35,322 bases of DNA from Coriobacteriales bacterium. GTDB lineage: Bacteria > Actinomycetota > Coriobacteriia > Coriobacteriales > UBA8131. Below are positions 9,023-18,800 of this stretch, in pieces. The position numbers and the translations under genes were made by a program. Location of the stretch: assembly GCA_031263105.1 (NCBI GenBank), contig JAISGJ010000030.1:1-35322 (forward strand), read 5' to 3'. Within the stretch, counting starts at the first letter, position 1, and each line of letters begins with the position of its first letter. Under the pieces are notes generated by a model that saw only the letters and a list, made by a program, of their open reading frames with translations, was not told the DNA's origin and ran no database searches.

Positions 9023-9685
9023 TCAATACTGCCCATCCTTGCCTTCGGAGCGTTGCCGGAGCGTTGCGAGCATCCCTTCGACCAGTAACGCCAGCCCGAG
9101 GTAATACTCGGTTTTCGCTCCCTCCTTTGCCAGCATACACCACTCAAAGCCCCACCTCAACAGGTGCTCGGCGCAGAAGTCGGAGCGGGCCGCAAGCAGG
9201 CTTTGCGCCTCGTCGCCTCTTCCCTTGGAGAGCATCTTGGCAGCCTGTGACGTAAGATGGCCCACGAACTGTACCTCGAAGGCTATGTGGTCGTCCGGCT
9301 CCTTGTACAGGTTGGGGACCTGTAGTCCATATGCCTTGAACCACTCGCGCACCATGAGGGTCTCCGCCTGGAAGAGGAGGTCCTTCTCCCTGTTGGTGTA
9401 CACCGATTCCCATGGCGGGGCCTTCGGCCTGCCCGGCCCCTCGAACATGCAGAGGTAGTCGTATTTCAGCGCGTCCAGTTGGGAGCCGTCGTATCTTCGC
9501 GCCCATGCGGCAAGCATCTTCGCGCCCTTCTGCGTGAAAGGCTGCCCGGTGGCGAAGGGAACGTCGGAGAACACGTCCCCTGCGGCCAACTGCGCAAGCT
9601 GCTCGGGCTCGGGCGAGGCAGCCAACAGGGTGCCGAGGGCCATCAGGTACGCGCCTTCTGCCTCTAGGGCTGACAGCGTGCTCAC
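9023..9685 (-). CDS. TorD/DmsD-family redox enzyme maturation chaperone
   Basis: APPWESVY, EPDDHIAFE, HLLRW; GTG at 9685 with GGAGG upstream. Confidence 0.9.
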   Translation of the reverse strand: MSTLSALEAEGAYLMALGTLLAASPEPEQLAQLAAGDVFSDVPFATGQPFTQKGAKMLAAWARRYDGSQLDALKYDYLCMFEGPGRPKAPPWESVYTNREKDLLFQAETLMVREWFKAYGLQVPNLYKEPDDHIAFEVQFVGHLTSQAAKMLSKGRGDEAQSLLAARSDFCAEHLLRWGFEWCMLAKEGAKTEYYLGLALLVEGMLATLRQRSEGKDGQY

Positions 9686-9797
9686 TTCCGTCCTTCCTCC
9701 TCCGGTCGATACGGCCCCGCAGCAGCAGGCCGCCCGTCCTGTGCGATGTGCGGGGAGCCTGCCGCTTCCGTATGGCAACGCCGACGACGCCATGCTC

Positions 9798-10355
9798 TCA
9801 CGTGAGCATCTGCGGCTTGGGGTCGATGAGCAGGCTCGGGGCGGTCATCGAGGGGTCGGACAGCACCGGGAGGGCGGCGGTGAGGTCGGAGCCGTAGGCG
9901 GCCTTCAGCTCCTCGAGGTCCCCGAAATCGAGGCAGCGCGTGTAGCACGAGGCCACGCATGCGGGCTTCTCGCCGACGGCCAGCAGGCCGCGGCAGCCGT
10001 CGCATTTGTTGACCGTGTCCATGTCGGGGAGGAACACGGGCGCACCGTAGGGGCAGGCGGCGATGCACTCCTGGCAGGCGATGCAGAGCTCCTGGTCGAT
10101 GGCCACCAGTCCTGTGTCGGGGTCCTTCGAGATGGCCTCTACCGGACAGACGGCCATGCAGGCAGGCATCGCACAGTGGTTGCAGGCCAGCGAGAGGGAG
10201 GCGGCCCAGATGTCGAGGTAGGTGCCGCCCTCGTACTCGTCCACGTGGCGGTAGTTGAAACCCACCTTGAGGTCGTTGACGTCCTTGCAGGCGATGACAC
10301 AGGCCTTGCACGTCGAGCATTCGTTCATATTGACGTAGAACCCGTTCTGGGCCAT
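9798..10355 (-). CDS. 4Fe-4S dicluster protein, DmsB-like (paralogue 1)
   Basis: MAQNGFY, CSTCKACVIACKD, CNHCAMPACMAVCP, CIACQECIAACP, KCDGC; ATG at 10355 with GGAGG RBS. Confidence 0.92.
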   Translation of the reverse strand: MAQNGFYVNMNECSTCKACVIACKDVNDLKVGFNYRHVDEYEGGTYLDIWAASLSLACNHCAMPACMAVCPVEAISKDPDTGLVAIDQELCIACQECIAACPYGAPVFLPDMDTVNKCDGCRGLLAVGEKPACVASCYTRCLDFGDLEELKAAYGSDLTAALPVLSDPSMTAPSLLIDPKPQMLT

Positions 10356-10356
10356 G

Positions 10357-13071
10357 TCACACCTCCACGATTCTCTGCGGTCTGAGGCAATCGTCCACGA
10401 AGTCGCCGTCCCAGATCTCGAACTGGACATTGGTGCTGTTCCACGCCTGGACGCCGCAGTCGGACATGAGGGGGCCACAGAGCACGTTGAAGCAGCCGGC
10501 GTCGTCAAGGTCGGTCTCGGGATCGATGTTCGCCAACATGCACTCGTCCATCATCACGACGCCCTTCATGACGCGCTCGGTGAGGGTCACGCGGCGCAGG
10601 GTCCGGCCCCAGCGGCTGGAGATCAGCACCACGTCGCCATCGCCGACGTTGCGCTCGGCAGCATCCGCAGGGTTGATGCGCAGAAGGTTGGGGAAGGCCT
10701 CGCGCAGTTGCGGGACGTTGTCCCAGGTGCTGTGCACGGTGCGATAGCCGTGCAGCGAGAGCCCGAGGAGCGGGTAGTCGCCCTTGACCTTGCTGTCCCA
10801 ATCGGAATAGGTGTCCATCCACCCTTCCTCGAAATGCCCGTACTTGGCGATGGGCTCCTTGACCGTGTAGCCGTAGGCGGTGGTGACGTCGGCAAGCGCC
10901 TGGCAGTAGATCTCGATCTTGCCGGTAGAGGTCTGCAAGGGGTTGGCCACAGGGTCGTCCAGATAGTCCTTGTAGGGGATGAACCCGTAGTTGTCTCCCC
11001 TGCTGCGCTCCACCCGGTACAGGCCGTCCTCGTAGAACTGCCCGATGGTGATCCTCCCCTCCTGCGGCTCGCACTCTATGCCTTCGGGGACGTCCTCGGC
11101 CGTAATGGTGAAGAGCGGCTCCTTGGTCTCGCCGTCCGCCGCAAGCACCCACGAGCCGGCAAGGATGTTGAAGAACTGCTGTTCCTCGCTGAGGGGGAAG
11201 ATGAGATCGGGGTCGAGCCCGAGGGCCTCGCCGATGCCCCGCTCGATCTGGGGGTCGGAGCGCGTCTCGAAGAGGGGCTCGACGATCTTCTCGTTGGCCA
11301 AGACGACCTCCCTGTTGAACTTGCTCAGGACCGACACGTCGCCCCGTTCCCAAGGGGTGGCGACCGGCAGGATGATGTCCGCGTACAGGGAGCGGGTGTC
11401 CATGACGATGGGGCAGGAGAGCACGAAATCGACGGCCCTGTGGGCCTTGATGCCGGTGAGGATGTCCGGGTTGTCGTTGAAATTGTCCGACCTGTTCATA
11501 TGCGCGATCATGCGGATGTCCAGGTCCGTCTCGCCCTGTATGCCGCGACGGATCTTCTTGTTGAGGACGCTGCGCCATTGGTCGCTGTGGCAGACGGCAT
11601 AGTAGTCGGTCGTTGCGTCCAGGGAATCGATGTCGCCGCTGTAGGGCGACACGGGGTTGTCGATGCCGGGGACGCCGTTGCTCCCCGAGCCGACGAGCTT
11701 GACGCCGCCGTTTCCGGACCCTTGGTTGCTGCTGCTCACATAGCCCACACAGGCGCCCGGCTTGCCGAGGTTGCCCGTCATGAGCCCGATGGTCAAAAAC
11801 GCCTGCGTCCACTCCGAGCCGTTGCTCACGCGGGCAGGGGCACGGGACGCGGTGAGCGCCATGGGCTTCTCCGTCGCCATGGCCGTGGCCAGGGAACGTA
11901 TCATCTCGACGGGGGTCCCGCAGAACTCCGTCGCCCATTCCGGCGTCTTGGGCACGCCGTCATAGGTGCCGAGCACGTAGTCCTTGAAGCTTCCCTGGGG
12001 GTCGGCGCCCTCGGGCATATGGTCCGCGTCGAAACCGAGGCAGTACGTGTCGAGGAACTCCTGGTCCTGCAGGTCGTTGGTTATCATCTCGTAGGCGATT
12101 GCCAGCAGCAGCGGCACGTCCTCTGAGGGCCGCACGGGCACGAACTCGGCATCGAGCACCTTCGCGGAGTCGTGGAAGACGGGATCCACGGCGATGAAGC
12201 GCGCGCCTGCCGCCTTCGCCGCCTGGAAGTTACGTATGGCGTTGCACTGGCACGACCACGTGGGGTTGTGGCCCCACAGCACGATGAGCTTGGAGTTGTA
12301 GTACTCGTAGCGGTCGGGCAGGGTGAGGGAGGGCGGCGCGTTGTCGTAGTCGCCGAGCATGAGGGGCGCAGGCCACCTGCTGCCGCCATCGGAGCGCCCG
12401 CCCCATTTTTCCGCATAGCCGCCATAGGCCGCGAAGGAACGGGAGCGGTCGCGGCAGGGGCAGTAGATGGACTTGCTGCCATAGGCGTCGACTATGCGCT
12501 TGGTCTCCGTGCCTATCAGTTCGAGGGCCTCCTCCCAGGAGATGCGCACCCATTCGTCTGTCCCACGGAGCTCGCCGTTGACGTTGTCCCCGCCTCCCGG
12601 CTGCCAGTTCTTGCGCTTCATGGGGTATTTGATGCGGTCGGCCCCGAAGACGAGGTGCCTCAGGGAGCGGCCGCGGGCACAGGCGCGTTGTTGGACGAAG
12701 TCGAAGCTGTCGGTGCCCAGATCGTCGGTCTTCTGCTGCAGGACCATGCCGTCCTTCACGTAGACCTTGTTGACGCAGCTCCCGCCGCAGGCAAGCCAGC
12801 AGCTGGCGCACTTCCACTCGCCGCCTTCCAATACCTCGTAGTCGACCTGCGTTGCGGGCACATCCTCCCCCTGGCCCGCCGTGTCGCTCGACGGGGCGCA
12901 GGCCACAAGGTTGGCCGTTGCTGCCGCGCCCACGAGAACCGCGCTCCACTTTACGAACGAACGGCGATCCAGCCCTTCGTCCCCTGGCCCTGTACGGGGG
13001 GCCGCCCGCCCCGCCTCCGCCGTCTCCGCATGAGACGCCTCCTGCACCGCCTTCGCTGTCTTTGGGTTCAT
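10357..13071 (-). CDS. Tat-exported Mo-bis-PGD oxidoreductase, DmsA-like catalytic subunit (probable lipoprotein)
   Basis: ATG at 13071 with AAGGAGG; DRRSFVK twin-Arg motif, hydrophobic stretch and LVAC lipobox; CWLACGGSC...CARG Fe-S motif; RIKYPMKR, KTPEWA, YADIILP, TSTGKIE. Confidence 0.92.
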   Translation of the reverse strand: MNPKTAKAVQEASHAETAEAGRAAPRTGPGDEGLDRRSFVKWSAVLVGAAATANLVACAPSSDTAGQGEDVPATQVDYEVLEGGEWKCASCWLACGGSCVNKVYVKDGMVLQQKTDDLGTDSFDFVQQRACARGRSLRHLVFGADRIKYPMKRKNWQPGGGDNVNGELRGTDEWVRISWEEALELIGTETKRIVDAYGSKSIYCPCRDRSRSFAAYGGYAEKWGGRSDGGSRWPAPLMLGDYDNAPPSLTLPDRYEYYNSKLIVLWGHNPTWSCQCNAIRNFQAAKAAGARFIAVDPVFHDSAKVLDAEFVPVRPSEDVPLLLAIAYEMITNDLQDQEFLDTYCLGFDADHMPEGADPQGSFKDYVLGTYDGVPKTPEWATEFCGTPVEMIRSLATAMATEKPMALTASRAPARVSNGSEWTQAFLTIGLMTGNLGKPGACVGYVSSSNQGSGNGGVKLVGSGSNGVPGIDNPVSPYSGDIDSLDATTDYYAVCHSDQWRSVLNKKIRRGIQGETDLDIRMIAHMNRSDNFNDNPDILTGIKAHRAVDFVLSCPIVMDTRSLYADIILPVATPWERGDVSVLSKFNREVVLANEKIVEPLFETRSDPQIERGIGEALGLDPDLIFPLSEEQQFFNILAGSWVLAADGETKEPLFTITAEDVPEGIECEPQEGRITIGQFYEDGLYRVERSRGDNYGFIPYKDYLDDPVANPLQTSTGKIEIYCQALADVTTAYGYTVKEPIAKYGHFEEGWMDTYSDWDSKVKGDYPLLGLSLHGYRTVHSTWDNVPQLREAFPNLLRINPADAAERNVGDGDVVLISSRWGRTLRRVTLTERVMKGVVMMDECMLANIDPETDLDDAGCFNVLCGPLMSDCGVQAWNSTNVQFEIWDGDFVDDCLRPQRIVEV

Positions 13072-13171
13072 ACGTCCTCCTTCGGTTGTCCTGCCCGTCA
13101 AGACCATGGGTCAAGCCTGCAACTGCCCTACTGAACAGTAAACACCGAAGGGCCCGGGCAACTCAATGCTT

Positions 13172-13204
13172 TGATATTTAAAAAACTATAAAGAATTTAT
13201 TAAG
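13172..13204 (-). promoter_or_regulatory. AT-rich tract with 11-bp-period direct repeats; candidate OmpR-type operator for the DmsA-like operon
   Basis: Minus strand reads CTTAATAAATT CTTTATAGTTT TTTAAATATCA, in a high-GC background. Confidence 0.5.
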
Positions 13205-13240
13205 TCGCCCCCCTGCTCCGCCGTCACGTGGGAGGCCTGT

Positions 13241-13260
13241 AAGTTAGGATATGCTAATAT
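13241..13260. promoter_or_regulatory. Candidate metal-repressor (DtxR/MntR-type) box upstream of araC
   Basis: AAGTTAG-N6-CTAATAT; same layout as the palindrome at 14344-14371. Confidence 0.45.
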
Positions 13261-13312
13261 TTAGAGAACCGGCTTTCAGCGATGCGACAAGGCCCTCTGA
13301 CGATCGGAAGCG

Positions 13313-14305
13313 ATGGTACGGCCCATGGCCCGTGAGGATTTTCCCGAATGGTACGGCGAGGATGCCCGTCTCCTGGGCGACGACGAGGGGATGCGCAGGC
13401 TGGCCTATGACGTGGACGGGACGGACGGGACGATCGCCTTCACCGACTTCGCCGTCTTCGCAGGCATCCACATGGGGCTCATGGACGTCCGCGCCAGCCA
13501 GGGGCACTCCGTCACCCCGCTGCGCCACGACGTCCTCGAGATCGTCCACTGCCGCCGTGGCCGCTTCGAGTGCGAGCTTGCACGGGACACCTGCGTCTGC
13601 GTGGCCGAGGGCGATTTCGCGGTCACCTCGACAGCGCTGATCGCCGAGCGCGTCCGCTACTCCTTCCCCTTCAACTCGTTTCTGGGAATCGCCGTCGTCA
13701 TCGACTTCGCGGCGCTCACGCCCGAGACGCGGCAGGTGCTCGCAGCGCTCTCGATCGACCTCGACCGCCTGCACGAGAACCTCTGCCTCGAGGAGCGGTG
13801 GTTCACAGGGGCCTGCACCGACAGCATCGGGCGTGTCTTCTCCGACCTGTACGAGGCCGTCCGCACAAACGACCGCTGCTGCTTCCGCCTCAAGGTGCTC
13901 GAACTGCTGTTCCTGGTCGAGCGCTTCCATGCCGAGGAGGGGCGGCACGGCACGTACTGCTCGGGCAGCCGCGCACGAACGGTCAGGCTCATGCGCGACC
14001 GGCTCGTCTCGGGCCTCGGCGAGCGAATCTCGCTTGAGGGCCTCGCGCGTGAGCACGGCATCGGCCTCACCCTGTTCCAGAACGCCTTCAGGGACATCTA
14101 CGGCCTCACGCCCTACGCCTACCTGAAGCACTACAAGATGCACCAGGCGGCGGCCCGGCTGACGGACGGCACGGAGAGCGTGGCCGAGATAGCCCAGTCG
14201 CTCGGCTACCGAAACGCCAGCAAGTTCGCAGGCGCCTTCAAGGACGTGCTGGGGACGACCCCCCGGGAGTACCGCAGAATGAATACCGTTTTGGAGCAAT
14301 CCTGA
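13313..14305 (+). CDS. AraC-family transcriptional regulator (PchR/YbtA-like)
   Basis: LEIVHCRRGRFECE, LKVLELL, and a C-terminal double HTH FRDIYGLTP...IAQSLGYRNASKFAGAFKDVLGTTPREYR. Confidence 0.92.
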   Translation: MVRPMAREDFPEWYGEDARLLGDDEGMRRLAYDVDGTDGTIAFTDFAVFAGIHMGLMDVRASQGHSVTPLRHDVLEIVHCRRGRFECELARDTCVCVAEGDFAVTSTALIAERVRYSFPFNSFLGIAVVIDFAALTPETRQVLAALSIDLDRLHENLCLEERWFTGACTDSIGRVFSDLYEAVRTNDRCCFRLKVLELLFLVERFHAEEGRHGTYCSGSRARTVRLMRDRLVSGLGERISLEGLAREHGIGLTLFQNAFRDIYGLTPYAYLKHYKMHQAAARLTDGTESVAEIAQSLGYRNASKFAGAFKDVLGTTPREYRRMNTVLEQS

Positions 14306-14343
14306 CGATTTGGAGTAGAAGCCGCACCGTGGATGCTGCATCA

Positions 14344-14371
14344 TATGAAGTTAGGTACTATTAACTTCATA
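14344..14371. promoter_or_regulatory. Palindromic operator upstream of the ECF/ABC operon
   Basis: TATGAAGTTA-N8-TAACTTCATA, perfect 10-bp arms, AT-rich, just before the GGAGG RBS. Confidence 0.7.
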
Positions 14372-14387
14372 CCATACGGAGGGTTCC

Positions 14388-14999
14388 ATGAACACGGTCG
14401 AAGGCACCACGGCACCAGCTTCCAGAAAACTCGGCACACGCGACCTCATCCTTGCGGGCGCGTTCGCGGCGGTCTACCTCGTCGTCCTGCTCGGCGTTGT
14501 GATGGGGCTGGGCGTCATCCCCATCCTTTTCCTGATGGTCCCGCTGTTTCTGGGCATCATACTGGGGCCGATATTCTCGGTGTACTGCACGAAACTGAAC
14601 AAGCCCGGTGCCCTGTGCATCCTCGCGGTGCTGGTCGGCCTCGTCGAAGCAATGACAGGCAACTGGTACGCGTTGGTGTGGGCGGTCGTCATCGGCCTGA
14701 TTGCCGAGTTACTCGCACGTGCAGGCAAATACCGCTCTAAAGCCTTCTACAAGGTGAGTTACACCGTCTTCTCTCTGACCAATATGGGGCCGTTCTGGCT
14801 CGTCGTCCTCGCAAAACCGGCGTGGCTGGCAGCCTGTGCACAGTACTACGGAGCGGACTACGTCGCCACCATCGACGCGCTCACGCCATCGTGGGTTGTC
14901 TTCGTGTTCATCGCGCTGGCGCTGGTCGGCGGCGTCATCGGAGCCTATATTGGCCAGGGCCTGCTGAAGAAGCATTTTGAGAAGGCCGGCGTCGTTTGA
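14388..14999 (+). CDS. MptD-family putative ECF transporter S component
   Basis: RKLGTRDLILAGAFAAVY start, K..KPG motif, LIAELL...KYRS, LLKKHFEKAGVV end; about six TM segments. Confidence 0.88.
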   Translation: MNTVEGTTAPASRKLGTRDLILAGAFAAVYLVVLLGVVMGLGVIPILFLMVPLFLGIILGPIFSVYCTKLNKPGALCILAVLVGLVEAMTGNWYALVWAVVIGLIAELLARAGKYRSKAFYKVSYTVFSLTNMGPFWLVVLAKPAWLAACAQYYGADYVATIDALTPSWVVFVFIALALVGGVIGAYIGQGLLKKHFEKAGVV

Positions 15000-15754
15000 T
15001 GGAACTGCTCGCGTCCCAGGCATCGAGGGCCTTCGTGCCGCTTGACCCGCGAACCAAGCTTGCCCTGATGTTCGCGACGTGCTTTACCATATTCCGGGTC
15101 GCTCCCCTGCCGCTTGAGGCCGGCGTCATCGTCGTCATAGCGCTGCTGTTCGTAAACGAGAGGCGCTTTGGCGCCGCCTTGGGCATCGCGTTGGTTTTCG
15201 CCGCCCTGGTCTCGTTCGACTGGTATCTCGTGCCGCTCCTGCACGGTCTGTTTGCAACCGTCCTTCTCGCAGTCATACGCTGTGTACGCCTGTTCATGCC
15301 GCTGCTCCTGTGCGGCAACCTGATGATGCGCAGCACGACGGTCAGCCAGTTCATCGCCGCCATGAGGAAGATGCATGTCCCGGCAAAGCTGGTCATCCCG
15401 CTTTCGGTCGTCTTCCGCTTCATCCCGACCATCAAGGAGGAGTGGGACTCCATCAGGGCCGCCATGCGCTTCAGGGGCATCGAGGTCTCTGCGGTGCGCG
15501 TCGTGCGCTCCCCTCTCCAGACCCTCGAATACGCGCTCGTCCCCCTTCTGATGTCGACGGCGACCATAGCCAACGAACTCGCCGCCGCCTCGCTGAGCCG
15601 AGGCCTTGACAGCGAGACCAGGCGGAGCAGCCTCACCGAGGTCAGGCTGTCGGCGGCCGACTGTCTGCTCCTTGCGCTCTGCGCGCTGTTCATCGTCCTC
15701 TCCTTCGCGGAGCCGTCCATCGGCCGCTGGCTCTCGCTGGGACAAATGGGGTAG
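14999..15754 (+). CDS. ecfT: ECF transporter T component
   Basis: LDPRTKL, LSVVFRFIPTIKEEWDSIRAAMRFRG, ELAAASLSRGL; TGATG coupling with the S gene. Confidence 0.9.
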   Translation: MELLASQASRAFVPLDPRTKLALMFATCFTIFRVAPLPLEAGVIVVIALLFVNERRFGAALGIALVFAALVSFDWYLVPLLHGLFATVLLAVIRCVRLFMPLLLCGNLMMRSTTVSQFIAAMRKMHVPAKLVIPLSVVFRFIPTIKEEWDSIRAAMRFRGIEVSAVRVVRSPLQTLEYALVPLLMSTATIANELAAASLSRGLDSETRRSSLTEVRLSAADCLLLALCALFIVLSFAEPSIGRWLSLGQMG

Positions 15755-15778
15755 AGGGCGGATGAGGACGATGCGCGA

Positions 15779-15863
15779 CCTACCGTTCACACCGTGTCAT
15801 TACGAGCGGCGCCGCCGGAGGCGGCGCCTCCGCTCGGAATGACAGTGGGGTGTGAACAGCAGC
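15779..15863. mobile_element. MITE-like element copy B (85 bp), inserted at the ATPase start codon
   Basis: CCTACCGTTCACACC-GTGTCATTACGAGC...GCTCGGAATGACAGTGGGGTGTGAACAGCAGC; flanking direct repeat ATGCGCGA at 15771-15778 and 15864-15871. Confidence 0.85.
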
Positions 15864-18800
15864 ATGCGCGAGGCGGTCATCAAATTCACAGACGTGTCGT
15901 TTGTCTACCAACCCACTAACGATGGTGCGCAGGGCGGGGGCGGCGGAGACAACGAGAGCGGGGGGCGGCGTGCGCGATGTCAGCTTCGCCGTCCGGCCGG
16001 GCGAGTGCGTGGTGCTTTGCGGCAGAAGCGGCTGCGGCAAGACGACGGTGACCCGGCTCATCAACGGGCTGGCACCGCACTTCTATCCCGGCGAGCTGAC
16101 GGGCGCCCTCGAAGTCTGCGGCACCGACGTGAGCGGAATGGGCCTCGCCGAGACAGCGCGTCTCGTCGGCTCGGTCTTCCAGAACCCCCGCAGCCAGTTC
16201 TTCAACGTCGACACGAACAGCGAGCTGGCCTTCGGCTGCGAGAACCTGGCGCTTGAGCGCAGCGAGATGCTCGAGCGGATGCGGGAGGCAACCGACGCCT
16301 TCGCCTTGGAAGGGCTGCTCGGGCGCAGCATCTTCGGGCTCTCGGGAGGCGAGAAGCAGCGCATCGCCTGCGGCTCCGTCTACGCGATGCATCCGCAGAT
16401 ATACCTGCTTGACGAGCCCTCGTCCAACCTCGACCTCGCCTCCGTGGCCCAGCTGCGCGAGGCGCTCAGGCATCTGAAGCGGCATGGCGCGACCATCGTC
16501 GTAGCCGAGCATCGCCTCCATTACCTCACGGGCCTTGCCGACCGCTACCTGTACTTCGAGGACGGTCGCATCCGAGACGAGCTTGCGGCCGGACAGTTCG
16601 AGGGGATGCCCGATGACGAGCGGGCGCGCCGGGGACTGCGCGGCTCAAGGCTGGGTTGCCTCGTCGCCGATGTTTCTCGCAATGACGGAGCGAAGGGCGG
16701 CGGCGACATCGGCGGCGGCGGGCGCGGGAACGGGAGCGACAAACGAAACGGCGGGAACGGAGGCAGCCTCCACGTAGAGAGCCTCAGCTGCGCCTACGGG
16801 AAGACGCCCGCGCTCGACATCGAGCGGCTGGACATACGGAAGGGCGAGGTCCTGGCGCTCATCGGCGCCAACGGGGCGGGCAAGTCGACGCTCGCGAACT
16901 GCCTCTGCGGCACGAAGCCCCACAAGGGACGGGTGACGCTCGACGGCGCAGCACTGAGCAGACGGCGGCGCCTCGACATGAGCTACCTGGTGATGCAGGA
17001 CGTCAACCACCAGCTTTTCACGGAAAGCGTGCGGGACGAGCTGCTGCTCTTTGGGAGGCGCACTTCGGGCGACGCCGACGAGGCACGCGCCGACGCCCTC
17101 CTCTCCGGGCTTGCCCTGACGCCTTGCGCCGAAAGGCACCCGATGACGCTCTCGGGCGGGCAGAAGCAGCGCGTCGCGGTCGCCGCCGCGCTCTGCGCGC
17201 GCAAGCGCCTGCTGTTCTTCGACGAGCCCACGTCAGGGCTCGACCACGCGGGGATGCGGCAGCTGTGCGCACTGATAGGCGCACGGAGCGACGACGTGTA
17301 CGCGACGGTGATCATCACCCACGACCTCGAACTCGTCACAGGCTGCTGCACCTCGGTGCTGCGCCTTGAGGACGGGAAGGCAGCGGAGCACTATCCGCTG
17401 GACGAAAACGGGAAACGACGACTCATGGAATGGGGCAGGCAGATGATGCAACAGGACGGAAGAGGGACGCAGGACGCGGCAGGGGCACAGGACGCGGCAG
17501 GGGCACAGGACGCGCCGGAGCCGACGGACGCGCAGGGCACGCAGGACCCACAGGGCACGCAGGACCCACAGGGCACACAGGGCACACAGGGCACGCAGGC
17601 CGCACCCAAGGAGTCGTCTCCCGACTTCAGGCGCCTCCTTCAGCTCGCGATGCGCAAGCGGGCGCTCTCCGTGGCATCGACCGTCCTTGCGGCACTCGCC
17701 GCCCTCTGCGGATTCGTCCCCTTCATCGCCATCTACCTGCTCATAGACGAGCTCGTCGCACTCTATCCGAATTTCTCCGCCGCAGACCCCGCACTGCTCA
17801 TGCGCTGGGGCTGGCTGGCGCTCGGCGGCATCGCGGGCAACATCGTGCTGTACTTCCTGGCGCTCAGTTTCTCGCACATCGCCGCCTTCGGGACGCTCTA
17901 CCAGCTCAAGATCGAGTTCGCGGGCCATCTCGCGAAGCTGCCGCTGGGCTTTCACGCCCAGGTGGGCAGCGGCCGCCTGCGCAAGGTGATGGACGACAAC
18001 ATCGAGAAGATCGAGGGCTTCATCGCCCACCAGCTGCCCGACATCGTGGCGGGCGTGGTCGCGCCCGTCGCGATGGTCGCCATCCTGTTCGTCGTCGACT
18101 GGCGCTTCGGGCTCGCGTCCCTGGTCGGCATCGTCTGCGCCCTCGTCATAGAGGTCCGGGCCTACGGCAGCGATGCCATGGAGATGGCGCACAGGTACCA
18201 AAGCACGCTGGAGGAGATGAGCAACGCCACCGTCGAGTACGTGCGGGGCATCTCGGTGGTCAAGGCATTCCGACAGACCGCCTATTCGTTCACGCGCCTG
18301 CGCGAGACGATACGCGCCTTCACCCGCTTCGTCATCCCCTACACGTTGAACTGGGAAAAGCCCATGTCGGCCTTCGTGACCCTGGTGAACAACATCTACC
18401 TGTTCGTGGTGCCCCTCGGCATCGTCTTGGGGATGTTCTCATCCGACCTGCCCGGCTTCGCCACGCACTTCCTGTTCTACCTCGTGTTCGTGCCCTGCAT
18501 CGCCTCGGTCATGATGAAGCTCCTGTACGTCTCGACCAACGCCATCCAGATATCGAGCGGGGTCGCGACGATGGACGCCATCCTCGCCCAGCCCGTCCTT
18601 CCCGAGCCTTCGGTGCCGCAGCCGGTAAGCGAGCGGCACGACATCGTGTTCGAGGACGTGCGCTTCTCGTACAGCGCCGACACGGGCGGCATCGGCACCG
18701 AGGCGGAGGCGCACCGCAGCCTCGGCGCGGGCGGGGGCGCAGGCGAGGGCGACGGGGGCGGGGGCGGCGGGGGCGACGCAGAGGCGCAGCAGCCCGTCGA

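Noticed and set aside
1433..13071. Selenocysteine in the Mo enzymes
   Set aside because: Both reading frames are uninterrupted, with no in-frame TGA, and Ser appears at the expected Mo-ligand position.
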